From: an uncultured delta proteobacterium
Lineage (GTDB): Bacteria > Myxococcota_A > Polyangia > Polyangiales > JAFGIB01
Length of the DNA: 64,000 nucleotides
NCBI GenBank assembly: GCA_963778655.1
Contig: CAVZVA010000003.1
Location: 608,001-672,000 of the forward strand
Reading direction: 5' to 3'
A program made the translations under genes and the position numbers. The notes below the pieces were generated by a model, which was given only the letters and a program-made list of their open reading frames with translations, was not told the origin of the DNA and did no database searches. Position 1 is the first letter of the stretch, and every line of letters begins with the position of its first letter. This document shows positions 51,273 to 59,961 of the stretch, piece after piece.

Positions 51273-52448
51273 CTACATCGACTTCAGATACATCGAAAGC
51301 TCGGCGTCCATCGGGGCGTTGAGCACGTCGAGGTAACGCATGTCGTCTTCCAGGTAGACCTTGTAGAAGGCGATCATGTACTTCGACTGGCCGTCGTAGG
51401 AGGTGCCCAGATCGTTGGTCGTGAGGAAGTGGCTCGCGCCCGAAAACTCGACGTAGTACTTCGGCACGGTGTCAGGAACGCTCTGGTAGAAGGGCAGCGC
51501 ATTCTGCGCGACCGCAGCCACCGTGTCCGCCTGCGCGGCGATGAACATGATCGGCGCGCTGACCATCGGGAACACCAGGCCGGGCTCCCACGGTTGCAGC
51601 GGCACCGCGCAGCGGATCATGTTGCCCAGCGTGTTCGCCGCGATCATCGTGCCGCCGCCGCCCATCGAGTGGCCGGTGATGCAGATGCGGTCGGTCGCGA
51701 GCTTGCCCTTGAGCGGGCTGCCGTCGCGCGTGTTTTCCTTCTGGACCACTGCGATCCCGGCCTGGAGATCCACCGCTCGCTGGTCAGGAAGATCGGCCGT
51801 CGTGGTCGGCGTGGTCAGCATGATCGCAATGCCGTGCGAAGCCAGCAGCGGACCGAGGAAGGTCTCGTATTGCTCCTTGGTGGCGGTGAAGCCGGGAGAG
51901 AACACCACAGCCCCGAAGGGCGGGTCCGCGTCGGTCGGGTAGTACATGACGGCCGAGTCGTACGCCGGGTCATCGATGCCCATGGTGTAGCTATCGAAGG
52001 CGTGCGGCCCCATCTGGTTGGTGTCGACCGGCTCGGCCTTGGGGAAGCCGCCGGGTCCCGCCGCGGGCGCAGGCGCGCCAGCGGCCCCGCTCCCGGCCGC
52101 GCCGCCGCCGCCCGCCAGCGCCGGCATTGCGGCGCCGCCGACCATGCCCGTTCCGGCGCCGCCGACCATGCCCGTTCCGGCACCGCCGTTCACGGAGGCC
52201 GCGGGCGGCATCCCACCGGAGGTGCCGCCGCTGCCCGACCGCGTGCCCGGATTGGCCGGCACCACGCCGTTGTTGGTGGGAGGGGGCGCGGGCGTGCCGC
52301 CCGTGCCGATCGGGTTGCCCGCCGTCCCGAGCTGTCCGCCTGTGCCTTGCGTCCCGTTGGGCGTGCCCGTTCCGCCCTTGGCACCTTGAGAGCAACCCGC
52401 GATCGCCAGCACGATCGAAAGCACGCCTAACGCTGTCCACTTGCCCAT
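51273..52448 (-). CDS. Cutinase/PET-hydrolase-like alpha/beta hydrolase lipoprotein
   Basis: IAGC lipobox, Gly/Pro linker, SPGFTA, GHSMGGGG, PLQPW, ADTVA, GASHF, DDMRY. Confidence 0.88.
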   Translation of the reverse strand: MGKWTALGVLSIVLAIAGCSQGAKGGTGTPNGTQGTGGQLGTAGNPIGTGGTPAPPPTNNGVVPANPGTRSGSGGTSGGMPPAASVNGGAGTGMVGGAGTGMVGGAAMPALAGGGGAAGSGAAGAPAPAAGPGGFPKAEPVDTNQMGPHAFDSYTMGIDDPAYDSAVMYYPTDADPPFGAVVFSPGFTATKEQYETFLGPLLASHGIAIMLTTPTTTADLPDQRAVDLQAGIAVVQKENTRDGSPLKGKLATDRICITGHSMGGGGTMIAANTLGNMIRCAVPLQPWEPGLVFPMVSAPIMFIAAQADTVAAVAQNALPFYQSVPDTVPKYYVEFSGASHFLTTNDLGTSYDGQSKYMIAFYKVYLEDDMRYLDVLNAPMDAELSMYLKSM

Positions 52449-52713
52449 GATGTCCACCACCCGGAGGCGCAGGAGAGGATCCGCCTGCGCACCTCCAACC
52501 ACGCCCACCTTGACGCGGACGCCCCTACCCTGTCCTTGGCCCGTCTGTGCACGCCTGCGGCTCCCAAGTCTTGGGGGGTCTCGGCCGTCCTCCTCGCCGC
52601 CGCGAGCCGTGTGAGGCGTGGCTCGCATCCCTTTGACGTCCGTACGTGTGCGCAGGCCGCCTCTTGTGCCCCTGCTGGCCTGCGGCTACCAGTCTACGGC
52701 TGGAGGGCCGCCA

Positions 52714-53418
52714 ATGACGAACGATTGGGAAGTGTTGGACGCGGCATTCCCGCTCTGGACATGGCCGTACTCGTTCGGCTCGGGCAGGGCCAACGCGCTC
52801 GCGATCGGAATCGAAGGCGGCCTGGCCGTGGTCAGCCCGCCGTGCAACGTGCCCGATGCGGCCTACGACGCGGTGCGGGAAAAGGGGCCGGTCAAGGCGC
52901 TGGTGGCCTCGAACGCCTTTCACCACCTCGGCCTGCCCGCGTGGAAGCAGCAATTTCCGGAGGCGGCCGTGTTCGCCCCCGCGCAGTCGCTGGCGCGGAT
53001 CGAGAAGCAGTCGGGCCTGAGCGGCATTCGCCCGCTCGCCGAGCTGGCGCCGATCGCCGGGCCTCGCGTGGATTTCATCGACCTGCCTCACTTCAAGGAC
53101 AAGCTGGGAGAGGCCCTGGTTCGCGCGCGCACGGACGCGGGTTGCGTCTGGTACACGACCGACATCTTGATGAACATCCCCGAGCTGCCGGTGCTGTCCG
53201 CGTTCGGGGTGCTGTTCCGATTGACCGGCACCGCCCCCGGCTTTCGCTTCGGCAACCTGCCGGCGATGTTGATGGTGCGCGACAAGACCGCGCTCAAGCG
53301 CTTTCTGATGGAGACCGCGGAGCAAGACCCTCCCTCGCTGGTCGTGACGGCGCACGGCGTCCCTGCGCGGCTCCAACAGCCCATGGCCGAGCTGCGAGCT
53401 GTCCTCGGCCCGCGCTAA
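52714..53418 (+). CDS. DUF4336-like/metallo-beta-lactamase-fold hypothetical protein
   Basis: GGLAVVSP, LVASNAFHHLG..W...FPEA, TDILMN, AHG; GGAGG RBS. Confidence 0.7.
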   Translation: MTNDWEVLDAAFPLWTWPYSFGSGRANALAIGIEGGLAVVSPPCNVPDAAYDAVREKGPVKALVASNAFHHLGLPAWKQQFPEAAVFAPAQSLARIEKQSGLSGIRPLAELAPIAGPRVDFIDLPHFKDKLGEALVRARTDAGCVWYTTDILMNIPELPVLSAFGVLFRLTGTAPGFRFGNLPAMLMVRDKTALKRFLMETAEQDPPSLVVTAHGVPARLQQPMAELRAVLGPR

Positions 53419-53530
53419 AGGCGCGGCGCGAGCCTGCAACGCGCTGCACTTTCGACCCGCCCCGGCAATCGTCTGGGGAGCGTTTCCGTGACCCGCCTGG
53501 GCCCGCCGGTTGCACCACAAGAAGCAACGG

Positions 53531-55381
53531 ATGCGTGGGTCGAATCCGCTCGTGATGCTCGTGTTGTGCCTGTGCTTTGGCGCCGGCTGCGCTGCTGGCA
53601 GCCAAGGCAAGCGAGCCGGCGCAGGCTCTTCGAGCAAGGGCTCGGGCGGCACGACGGGCTCCTCGCCGTTCGCGAACGCCTCCGACCTCGGCAACGCCGA
53701 CGGCGGCGGGCGGCCGACGCTCAAGACCCCGGCGGGCTGCGGCAACGGCGAGCGCACGCCCGACGAGGCCTGCGACGACGGAAACACCAGCAGCGGAGAC
53801 GGTTGCAGCGCCGACTGCCTGGGTATCGAGACCGGCTACTCCTGCCCCACGCCGGGCATGCCGTGCCGGCGCATCGCGCGCTGCGGAGACGGCATTGTCG
53901 CGATCTCCGAGGCCTGCGACGACGGCAACACCGGCGACGGCGACGGCTGCTCGTCGCATTGCAAGGTCGAGCTCGGGTTCAAGTGCAGCGGCGAGCCGAG
54001 CAGCTGCTCGGCTACCACCTGCGGAGACAACAAGCAGGAGGGCGTCGAAGGCTGCGACGACGGCAACACGCTGCCCTTCGACGGCTGCTCCGCGAGCTGT
54101 CAGACCGAGCCCAACTGCAAGGGCGGCGCCTGCACGTCCAAGTGCGGCGACGGCCTGGTGCTCAACGAGGAGTGCGACGACGGCAACACCAAGGACGGCG
54201 ACGGCTGCTCGTCGAGCTGCAAGATCGAGCCGGGCTTCACCTGTACGACGGATACCACCTGCGAGATGCGCGATGGACAGTGCATCCTGCGGGTGCCGGC
54301 GATCTTCCGCGACTTCGACGAGAAGACGCAGATGGACTTCGGCATCGACTGCGGGCAGCTGGTCAAAGGTGTGGTGCAAGATACGCTCAACGCCGACGGC
54401 AAGCCGGTGCTGAAGGACGGCAGCGCGGTCTGCATCCACTCCGCGGACTCGTTTGCCGAGTGGTACACGGACAACTCGAAGAACGCGACCATCGTCGGCG
54501 AGCTCACGCTCTACGACAACGGCAAGGGCGGCTACGTCAATCGCTTCGGGCCCAATGGCGAGCAGTTCGCCGGCCCCAAGATGTATTCCAATATCGTCTA
54601 TGGCGGAACCGCCGGGATGGGCTGCGGCAGCTGCACGCCGTCGGCCAGCGGCCAGTGCTTCGATCCATGCACGCCCTGGAACGACATGAACCAGGCTTGC
54701 TGCGCCGACGAGAGCCAGATGTTCTACGATGGCAATCCGCTGTTCTTCCCCATCGACGACGCGCCCAATGCGCTGCCTGAGACGCGCTATCAGGCGGAGC
54801 TGCCGGAACAATACGGCTACAACGGCTGGCCCTACGAGAGCACGGTCTTTCCCAATGCGCCGCTGCACAACTTCCACTTCACGACGGAGGTGGTGTACTG
54901 GTTCAAGTACGACTCCGACACCTCGGCGGTGCTCGACTTCACCGGCGACGACGACGTGTGGGTGTTCGTCAACAGCAAGCTCGCAGTCGATCTGGGTGGG
55001 CCTCACGTGCCCGAGGACGGCTCGGTCACGATCGACGCGACCACGGCGGGCCAATTCGGGCTGAGCCCCGGCAACGTGTACGAGATCCGCGTGTTTCACG
55101 CGGAGCGCAAGGTCTACGGCTCCTCCTTCAGGCTCACGCTCTCCGGCTTCAACACCAACCGCAGCGACTGCGAGCCGGTCTGCGGAGACGGCATCGTGAC
55201 CGCGGGTGAGGAGTGCGACGACGGCGTCAACGACGGCGGCTACGAGGAGTGCGCGCCCGGCTGCGTGCTGGGGCCACGCTGCGGAGACGGCATCGTGCAG
55301 GACGGCGAGGACTGCGACGACGGCAACCGCCGCGACGGCGACGGCTGCGGCTCGTCCTGCCGCGTGCTCAAGCCGCGCTGA
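53531..55381 (+). CDS. Fibro-slime domain protein with myxococcal Cys-rich (DUF4215-like) repeats
   Basis: Six CG(D/N)...ExCDDG units; FRDF, FFPID, HNFHFTTE, FTGDDDVWVF, DLGGPH, FHAER. Confidence 0.93.
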   Translation: MRGSNPLVMLVLCLCFGAGCAAGSQGKRAGAGSSSKGSGGTTGSSPFANASDLGNADGGGRPTLKTPAGCGNGERTPDEACDDGNTSSGDGCSADCLGIETGYSCPTPGMPCRRIARCGDGIVAISEACDDGNTGDGDGCSSHCKVELGFKCSGEPSSCSATTCGDNKQEGVEGCDDGNTLPFDGCSASCQTEPNCKGGACTSKCGDGLVLNEECDDGNTKDGDGCSSSCKIEPGFTCTTDTTCEMRDGQCILRVPAIFRDFDEKTQMDFGIDCGQLVKGVVQDTLNADGKPVLKDGSAVCIHSADSFAEWYTDNSKNATIVGELTLYDNGKGGYVNRFGPNGEQFAGPKMYSNIVYGGTAGMGCGSCTPSASGQCFDPCTPWNDMNQACCADESQMFYDGNPLFFPIDDAPNALPETRYQAELPEQYGYNGWPYESTVFPNAPLHNFHFTTEVVYWFKYDSDTSAVLDFTGDDDVWVFVNSKLAVDLGGPHVPEDGSVTIDATTAGQFGLSPGNVYEIRVFHAERKVYGSSFRLTLSGFNTNRSDCEPVCGDGIVTAGEECDDGVNDGGYEECAPGCVLGPRCGDGIVQDGEDCDDGNRRDGDGCGSSCRVLKPR

Positions 55382-55395
55382 GTGACCGGGAGGGG

Positions 55396-56177
55396 CACGC
55401 GCCCCTCCCGCCCCACCGGCAAAGCCGTTGGGGCCCCACCCTCCTGCGGGGTTCGCTCCACTGCGTTGCGCTCACTCCGCCCGCGCCAAGCTGGTGCGTC
55501 GCGCCACGCGCCCCTCCCGCCCCACCGGCAAAGCCGTTGGGGCCCCACCCTCCTGCGGGGTTCGCTCCACTGCGTTGCGCTCACTCCGCCCGCGCCAAGC
55601 TGGTGCGTCGCGCCACGCCCCCCTCCCGCCCCACCGGCAAAGCCGTTGGGGCCCCACCCTCCTGCGGGGTTCGCTCCACTGCGTTGCGCTCACTCCGCCC
55701 GCGCCAAGCTGGTGCGTCGCGCCACGCCCCCCTCCCGCCCCACCGGCAAAGCCGTTGGGGCCCCACCCTCCTGCGGGGTTCGCTCCACTGCGTTGCGCTC
55801 ACTCCGCCCGCGCCAAGCTGGTGCGTCGCGCCACGCCCCCCTCCCGCCCCACCGGCAAAGCCGTTGGGGCCCCACCCTCCTGCGGGGTTCGCTCCACTGC
55901 GTTGCGCTCACTCCGCCCGCGCCAAGCTGGTGCGTCGCGCCACGCCCCCCTCCCGCCCCACCGGCAAAGCCGTTGGGGCCCCACCCTCCTGCGGGGTTCG
56001 CTCCACTGCGTTGCGCTCACTCCGCCCGCGCCAAGCTGGTGCGTCGCGCCACGCCCCCCTCCCGCCCCACCGGCAAAGCCGTTGGGGCCCCACCCTCCTG
56101 CGGGGTTCGCTCCACTGCGTTGCGCTCACTCCGCCCGCGCCAAGCTGGTGCGTCGCGCCACGCCCCCCTCCCGCCCC
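55396..56177. repeat. Tandem array of repeat family B: 7 full 109-bp units plus 19 bp
   Basis: Units start at 55396, 55505, 55614, 55723, 55832, 55941, 56050, 56159; no spacers; one G/C variant position. Confidence 0.97.
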
Positions 56178-56189
56178 GGGCATCAACTT

Positions 56190-56360
56190 CTAGAGCACCG
56201 AACATATTGAAACGTGTGCGAAGTCGGGGTCATGGCGGGATGCAGGGTGCGGGCCGGAGCCCGAAGGCGTAGTCCATCCTACGTCGAGCGGGGAGCGCGC
56301 GTGCCATGCGCCCGCGCGGGCCCCGAAGTCGTGCGTGTTTCAATAGATTCGGTGCTCTAG
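56190..56360. mobile_element. MITE-like element with 24-bp inverted repeats bounded by CTAG
   Basis: CTAGAGCACCGAACATATTGAAAC ... GTTTCAATAGATTCGGTGCTCTAG (22/24 match); no coding capacity. Confidence 0.8.
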
Positions 56361-57901
56361 TTGACCAGCTTGGCGAAGTCCGGCACCGGGGAGTTGTCGA
56401 TCGACGGCAGCCCGAGTGTGCCGCCTGTCACGTTGCCATACTGGATGCACATCTCGCCATTGTAGACCTCGTTGGCGAAGTGCAGCGTGCCCACCGTCTC
56501 CGGGGTGGGGGCGTGCGCGTCTTCTGCAGCGCGCGCATCGGTGAACTCGATGTGGCAGTTGAAGTGCATCTTGTCGCCGGGGTGCAACATCACCACGCCG
56601 GAAGCCGCCCCGTCGGTCTTGGCGCCGGGATTGACCGGGGGGTTCTGCACCAGGGTGTTGTACTGGTACGTGGGCATGTCGAACCAGTCGTACGACTGGT
56701 AGATCGGTTCCGGATCGCCGCCGCTCGCGCGCTCGATCCAGGTGCTGAAGTTCGGCGTCCAGAAGTGTCGGTGTCCAAACACCCGCATCACGCGCGTTTC
56801 GGCGTTGACCGCAAAGGAGTAGTGCAGGTCCTTGGTCTCGCCCGGGGCCACGCTGAGACCGATCACCTGGGTGGGCTCCATGCCCATATACCAACTCACC
56901 AGCGTGCGCGCGTCGGGCTCGAACCAGATGTTGACCCAGCCCTCGCGCAGCACCGGGCTCGAGGTGGCGTTGAAGTGGTGCATGTTGAATAGCACGCGCG
57001 GCGCCGCGGGGAACTTCAGATACAGGCCCTCGTCCTCGGGCGCCTTGTCCAGCGTGGCGGGCTCGCCGTCGTCGGGCCGCTGCTGGCCGCCGAGGATGCC
57101 TACGAGCGTGCCCGAGGTCGGATCGAAGGGCCCGGGCAGGGCCTCGCCGCCGCCGTTGGAGATCCAGCCATCCGGCGCCGACGACATGTGCAGCGAGATG
57201 ATGTTGTGATGTGACCCGGTCCGCATGCGGAAGTAGGTGCGGAAGTAGTTGAACGCATCGGCGTTATGCGCAGTGGTCATATAGTTCTGCGTGACCTCGT
57301 CACCCGGCATCAGCATCCACTCGGGCCCCGGATTGTCGTAGTCGCTGAAGTCGCCGGCCCAGATCTTGGCCCAGTACGCGTCGGTGTCGCCCTGCGGATG
57401 CACGCCGACCTGGATGCCCTTGTCGGGTGGCGGCGGAAGGATGCAGAACTGATCGCCCGGGAACTGCGTCTTGAAGCCCGGGATCGCGTCGATGCAACGG
57501 ATCGCGTAGGGGTTGTTGGTGGTGGAATTGAACGGCTCGCACTTGTTGGGCAGCACGCTGCCGCCCGGGCTGTACTGCATGCCCTCGAGCGGCAGGCCCT
57601 GACAGCTCGGGGGAATCGGACAGCTCGGACACGCCGAGGCCATCGCGCTCGCGCCTGCGTCCCCGACCGGGTTCCCGGCCCCGCCGCCTGTGGCGGGCAT
57701 GGCGGCGGTGGAAGCGCCCGCGGCCCCGGAAAGGCCCGGCGTCGAGGATGGGTTCGAGCCCGCCGCGGACGGCGTGACCGATCCACCGGCCGCGGGCGTA
57801 CCCGGAGTCGCGGGCATGCTCATGCCCGTCTGCTTCGCATCGCCGCTGCAGCCGAGTCCGACCGCAAGCAGCAGCGTCATCGTCGCGGTTCTGTTGCCCA
57901 T
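56357..57901 (-). CDS. Lipoprotein with copper type II (PHM/DBH-like) monooxygenase domain
   Basis: LGC lipobox; GSHH, NMHHFN, GHRH and GEMC in PHM order; GGGAGG RBS. Confidence 0.75.
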   Translation of the reverse strand: MGNRTATMTLLLAVGLGCSGDAKQTGMSMPATPGTPAAGGSVTPSAAGSNPSSTPGLSGAAGASTAAMPATGGGAGNPVGDAGASAMASACPSCPIPPSCQGLPLEGMQYSPGGSVLPNKCEPFNSTTNNPYAIRCIDAIPGFKTQFPGDQFCILPPPPDKGIQVGVHPQGDTDAYWAKIWAGDFSDYDNPGPEWMLMPGDEVTQNYMTTAHNADAFNYFRTYFRMRTGSHHNIISLHMSSAPDGWISNGGGEALPGPFDPTSGTLVGILGGQQRPDDGEPATLDKAPEDEGLYLKFPAAPRVLFNMHHFNATSSPVLREGWVNIWFEPDARTLVSWYMGMEPTQVIGLSVAPGETKDLHYSFAVNAETRVMRVFGHRHFWTPNFSTWIERASGGDPEPIYQSYDWFDMPTYQYNTLVQNPPVNPGAKTDGAASGVVMLHPGDKMHFNCHIEFTDARAAEDAHAPTPETVGTLHFANEVYNGEMCIQYGNVTGGTLGLPSIDNSPVPDFAKLVN

Positions 57902-57994
57902 ACGCCGTTCCTCCCGACCCACCCACGCCGTAGATACTCAGGTACTCACTTCATTGACGCATATGTTCTCGCTCACCCGCCGGACCGGCTGCTC

Positions 57995-59803
57995 CTAGGC
58001 CCCCGGCTGGCGGCGCGCGATCGCCAGCCGCGCGAGCTGCAGGAACTCGCGCCGGTTGGTGGGGCCGAGCGGGCGCTGAAAGCTCCAGCGCCGCAGACCC
58101 AGCTCCGAGTCCCAATGCCGCCGCACCTGCGCAAAGGTGCTGGCCGCGGCCGCGCAACGCTTGGCGGCGGGATCGACGCAGAAGATCTTGGCCGCGGTCA
58201 GGCCGAAGATCTTGGCTTTGATCTCCGGCGTGAGCGCGGGATAGCCGTACATCTGCTGAAACTCGGGCGTGATCTGGAACATGCGGAAGGCTTCGATCTG
58301 CGGCTGCGGGCTCCCGTACAGGATGCAATCGGTGCCCCACACCACGTGGTCGGGCCCCACGTACTTGAGCAGCTTGCCGATGAAGTGCTGGGCCGCGACC
58401 GCGTCGTTCATCACGTTGCTCCACGCGCTGCCCAGCTCGGCGTAGACGTTGGTGTTGTTGTCGGGACCGATGCCGGCGGCGCGCAGCGAGGCGATCAGCT
58501 GATCGGCCCCCTGAAGCATGCGCGGGTCGGTGATGCTCTCGTCGAAGGGGTGGTTCTCGACGCTCGAGAGCCCCAGCAGGTTGCTGGTTCCGGCACCGAT
58601 GCCCGAGTGGTAGATGATGAAGTTGGCCTCCGGGTATTTCTGCGCGACGTCGCCGATCTCTACCGGCTGGTTGTGCTCCACGTCGAAGCCCGGGATCGGC
58701 AGGCCCTTGTGGATGGCGAAGTTCGGGATGCCGAGCTCGAGCCCGTGCTCGATGAACTGCGTGCCCACGTCATCGTTGAGGAAGTAGCCCATCCCGCCGA
58801 TGCCGGAGGGCGCCGGCCCCCACGCCGGATAGGCCTTCCAGCTCACCGCGCTCCAGGCCGGATCCTGACGCGCCATGGTCATCACGTCGCGCTGCAGCTC
58901 CCAGCGGTCGTTGGGCATCACCTGGATCTGGTTCACCACACGCTGCGACTTGAGCAGCATGTTGATGTCGTCGCGCAGCTTGCGCATGCCCTCGTTCGAC
59001 AGCGGCAGGCCGCACGCGGTCTGCACGTCCTGGGTGCAGAGCTGGGCGGGCCACGAGGTGATCACGGAGATCGTGGTGTCGCTCTCCACGAACATGTACT
59101 TGCCGTAGTGCTGCTCGTCGAAGCAGTTGAGCTTGTCGTTGCCCGCGTCGGTGCAGGTGGCGAGCAGGCCCAGGAAATTCGAGTAGACGCTGTTCTTCAT
59201 CCGCCACTCGCCGTTGTCGAAGCTGTGGGTCTGGATGTCGAAGATGAAATCGTCGCCCGCGAGCAGGTCGGTGTCCTCGCAGGTCGCCTCGACCGGCACG
59301 ACATAAGGACAATCGGACGCTTGGGCGCCCGCGCCGGGTGCGCTGGCGTCGATGCCGCCGCCTCCGCCTCCGTCCGAGGCCCCGGCCGGACCGCCGTCGC
59401 CGGTCGCGCCTGCACCTGCACCGGCCGCTGCGCTCGAACCGGCGCCCGTCCGGCCGGCGGCCGCCCCGGAGCCTCCCTGCATCATCGCCTTGACGTCCGC
59501 CGGCGACATCTTGGTCATGCCGTTGCCGGATTTTCCGCTGCAACCGCTGACCTGGTTGATCACGGCCAGCGTGGTGAACATGCCCATCGAGCTGGCGAGG
59601 AAGTCGCGGCGTGCAATGCCTAGCCGGCGCGCCTGCTCGTCGGCACGCTCCATCACCAGCCGGTAGGCCTGGCGTTCGGCCGGCGTTTGCTCGTGGTAGT
59701 ATTCGCCGTTGGAGCGGTTGCCGAGCCAGATCGGCGGGCCTTCGGGGAGCTCGGGCTGCGACTTCCTGTGCAGCGCGAGCCAAGGGAAACGACGCTTGGC
59801 CAT
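57995..59803 (-). CDS. Amidohydrolase-2 family protein with internal twin-arginine-like motif
   Basis: DIQTH, WKAYP, IHKG, IYHSG, YAELGS, VVWGTD, KAKIFG; AAGGAGG RBS. Confidence 0.88.
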   Translation of the reverse strand: MAKRRFPWLALHRKSQPELPEGPPIWLGNRSNGEYYHEQTPAERQAYRLVMERADEQARRLGIARRDFLASSMGMFTTLAVINQVSGCSGKSGNGMTKMSPADVKAMMQGGSGAAAGRTGAGSSAAAGAGAGATGDGGPAGASDGGGGGGIDASAPGAGAQASDCPYVVPVEATCEDTDLLAGDDFIFDIQTHSFDNGEWRMKNSVYSNFLGLLATCTDAGNDKLNCFDEQHYGKYMFVESDTTISVITSWPAQLCTQDVQTACGLPLSNEGMRKLRDDINMLLKSQRVVNQIQVMPNDRWELQRDVMTMARQDPAWSAVSWKAYPAWGPAPSGIGGMGYFLNDDVGTQFIEHGLELGIPNFAIHKGLPIPGFDVEHNQPVEIGDVAQKYPEANFIIYHSGIGAGTSNLLGLSSVENHPFDESITDPRMLQGADQLIASLRAAGIGPDNNTNVYAELGSAWSNVMNDAVAAQHFIGKLLKYVGPDHVVWGTDCILYGSPQPQIEAFRMFQITPEFQQMYGYPALTPEIKAKIFGLTAAKIFCVDPAAKRCAAAASTFAQVRRHWDSELGLRRWSFQRPLGPTNRREFLQLARLAIARRQPGA

Positions 59804-59883
59804 GCCTCAGCCTCCTTCACAACACCCGCGCGCCCCGCGGCGCGCGACCCACTGATGCGCTACCACGTGCTGTAGAATGAAGC

Positions 59884-59900
59884 AACTGAGTAACTCAGTT
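59884..59900. promoter_or_regulatory. Perfect palindrome in divergent intergenic region
   Basis: AACTGAGT-A-ACTCAGTT within an AT-rich patch. Confidence 0.6.
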
Positions 59901-59961
59901 ATTGAGTATTCTTGCTACGGATGCTAGGCCCTGAGGGGGTGGGCGGCGCCTGCCTACAGCC

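Noticed and set aside
55396..56177. CRISPR array
   Set aside because: Units are identical along their full 109 bp with no unique spacers, and no cas genes are in the window.
55213..56272. Three overlapping long ORFs through the array
   Set aside because: The 109-bp period cycles one stop-free GC-rich unit through all frames; the translations are not protein-like.
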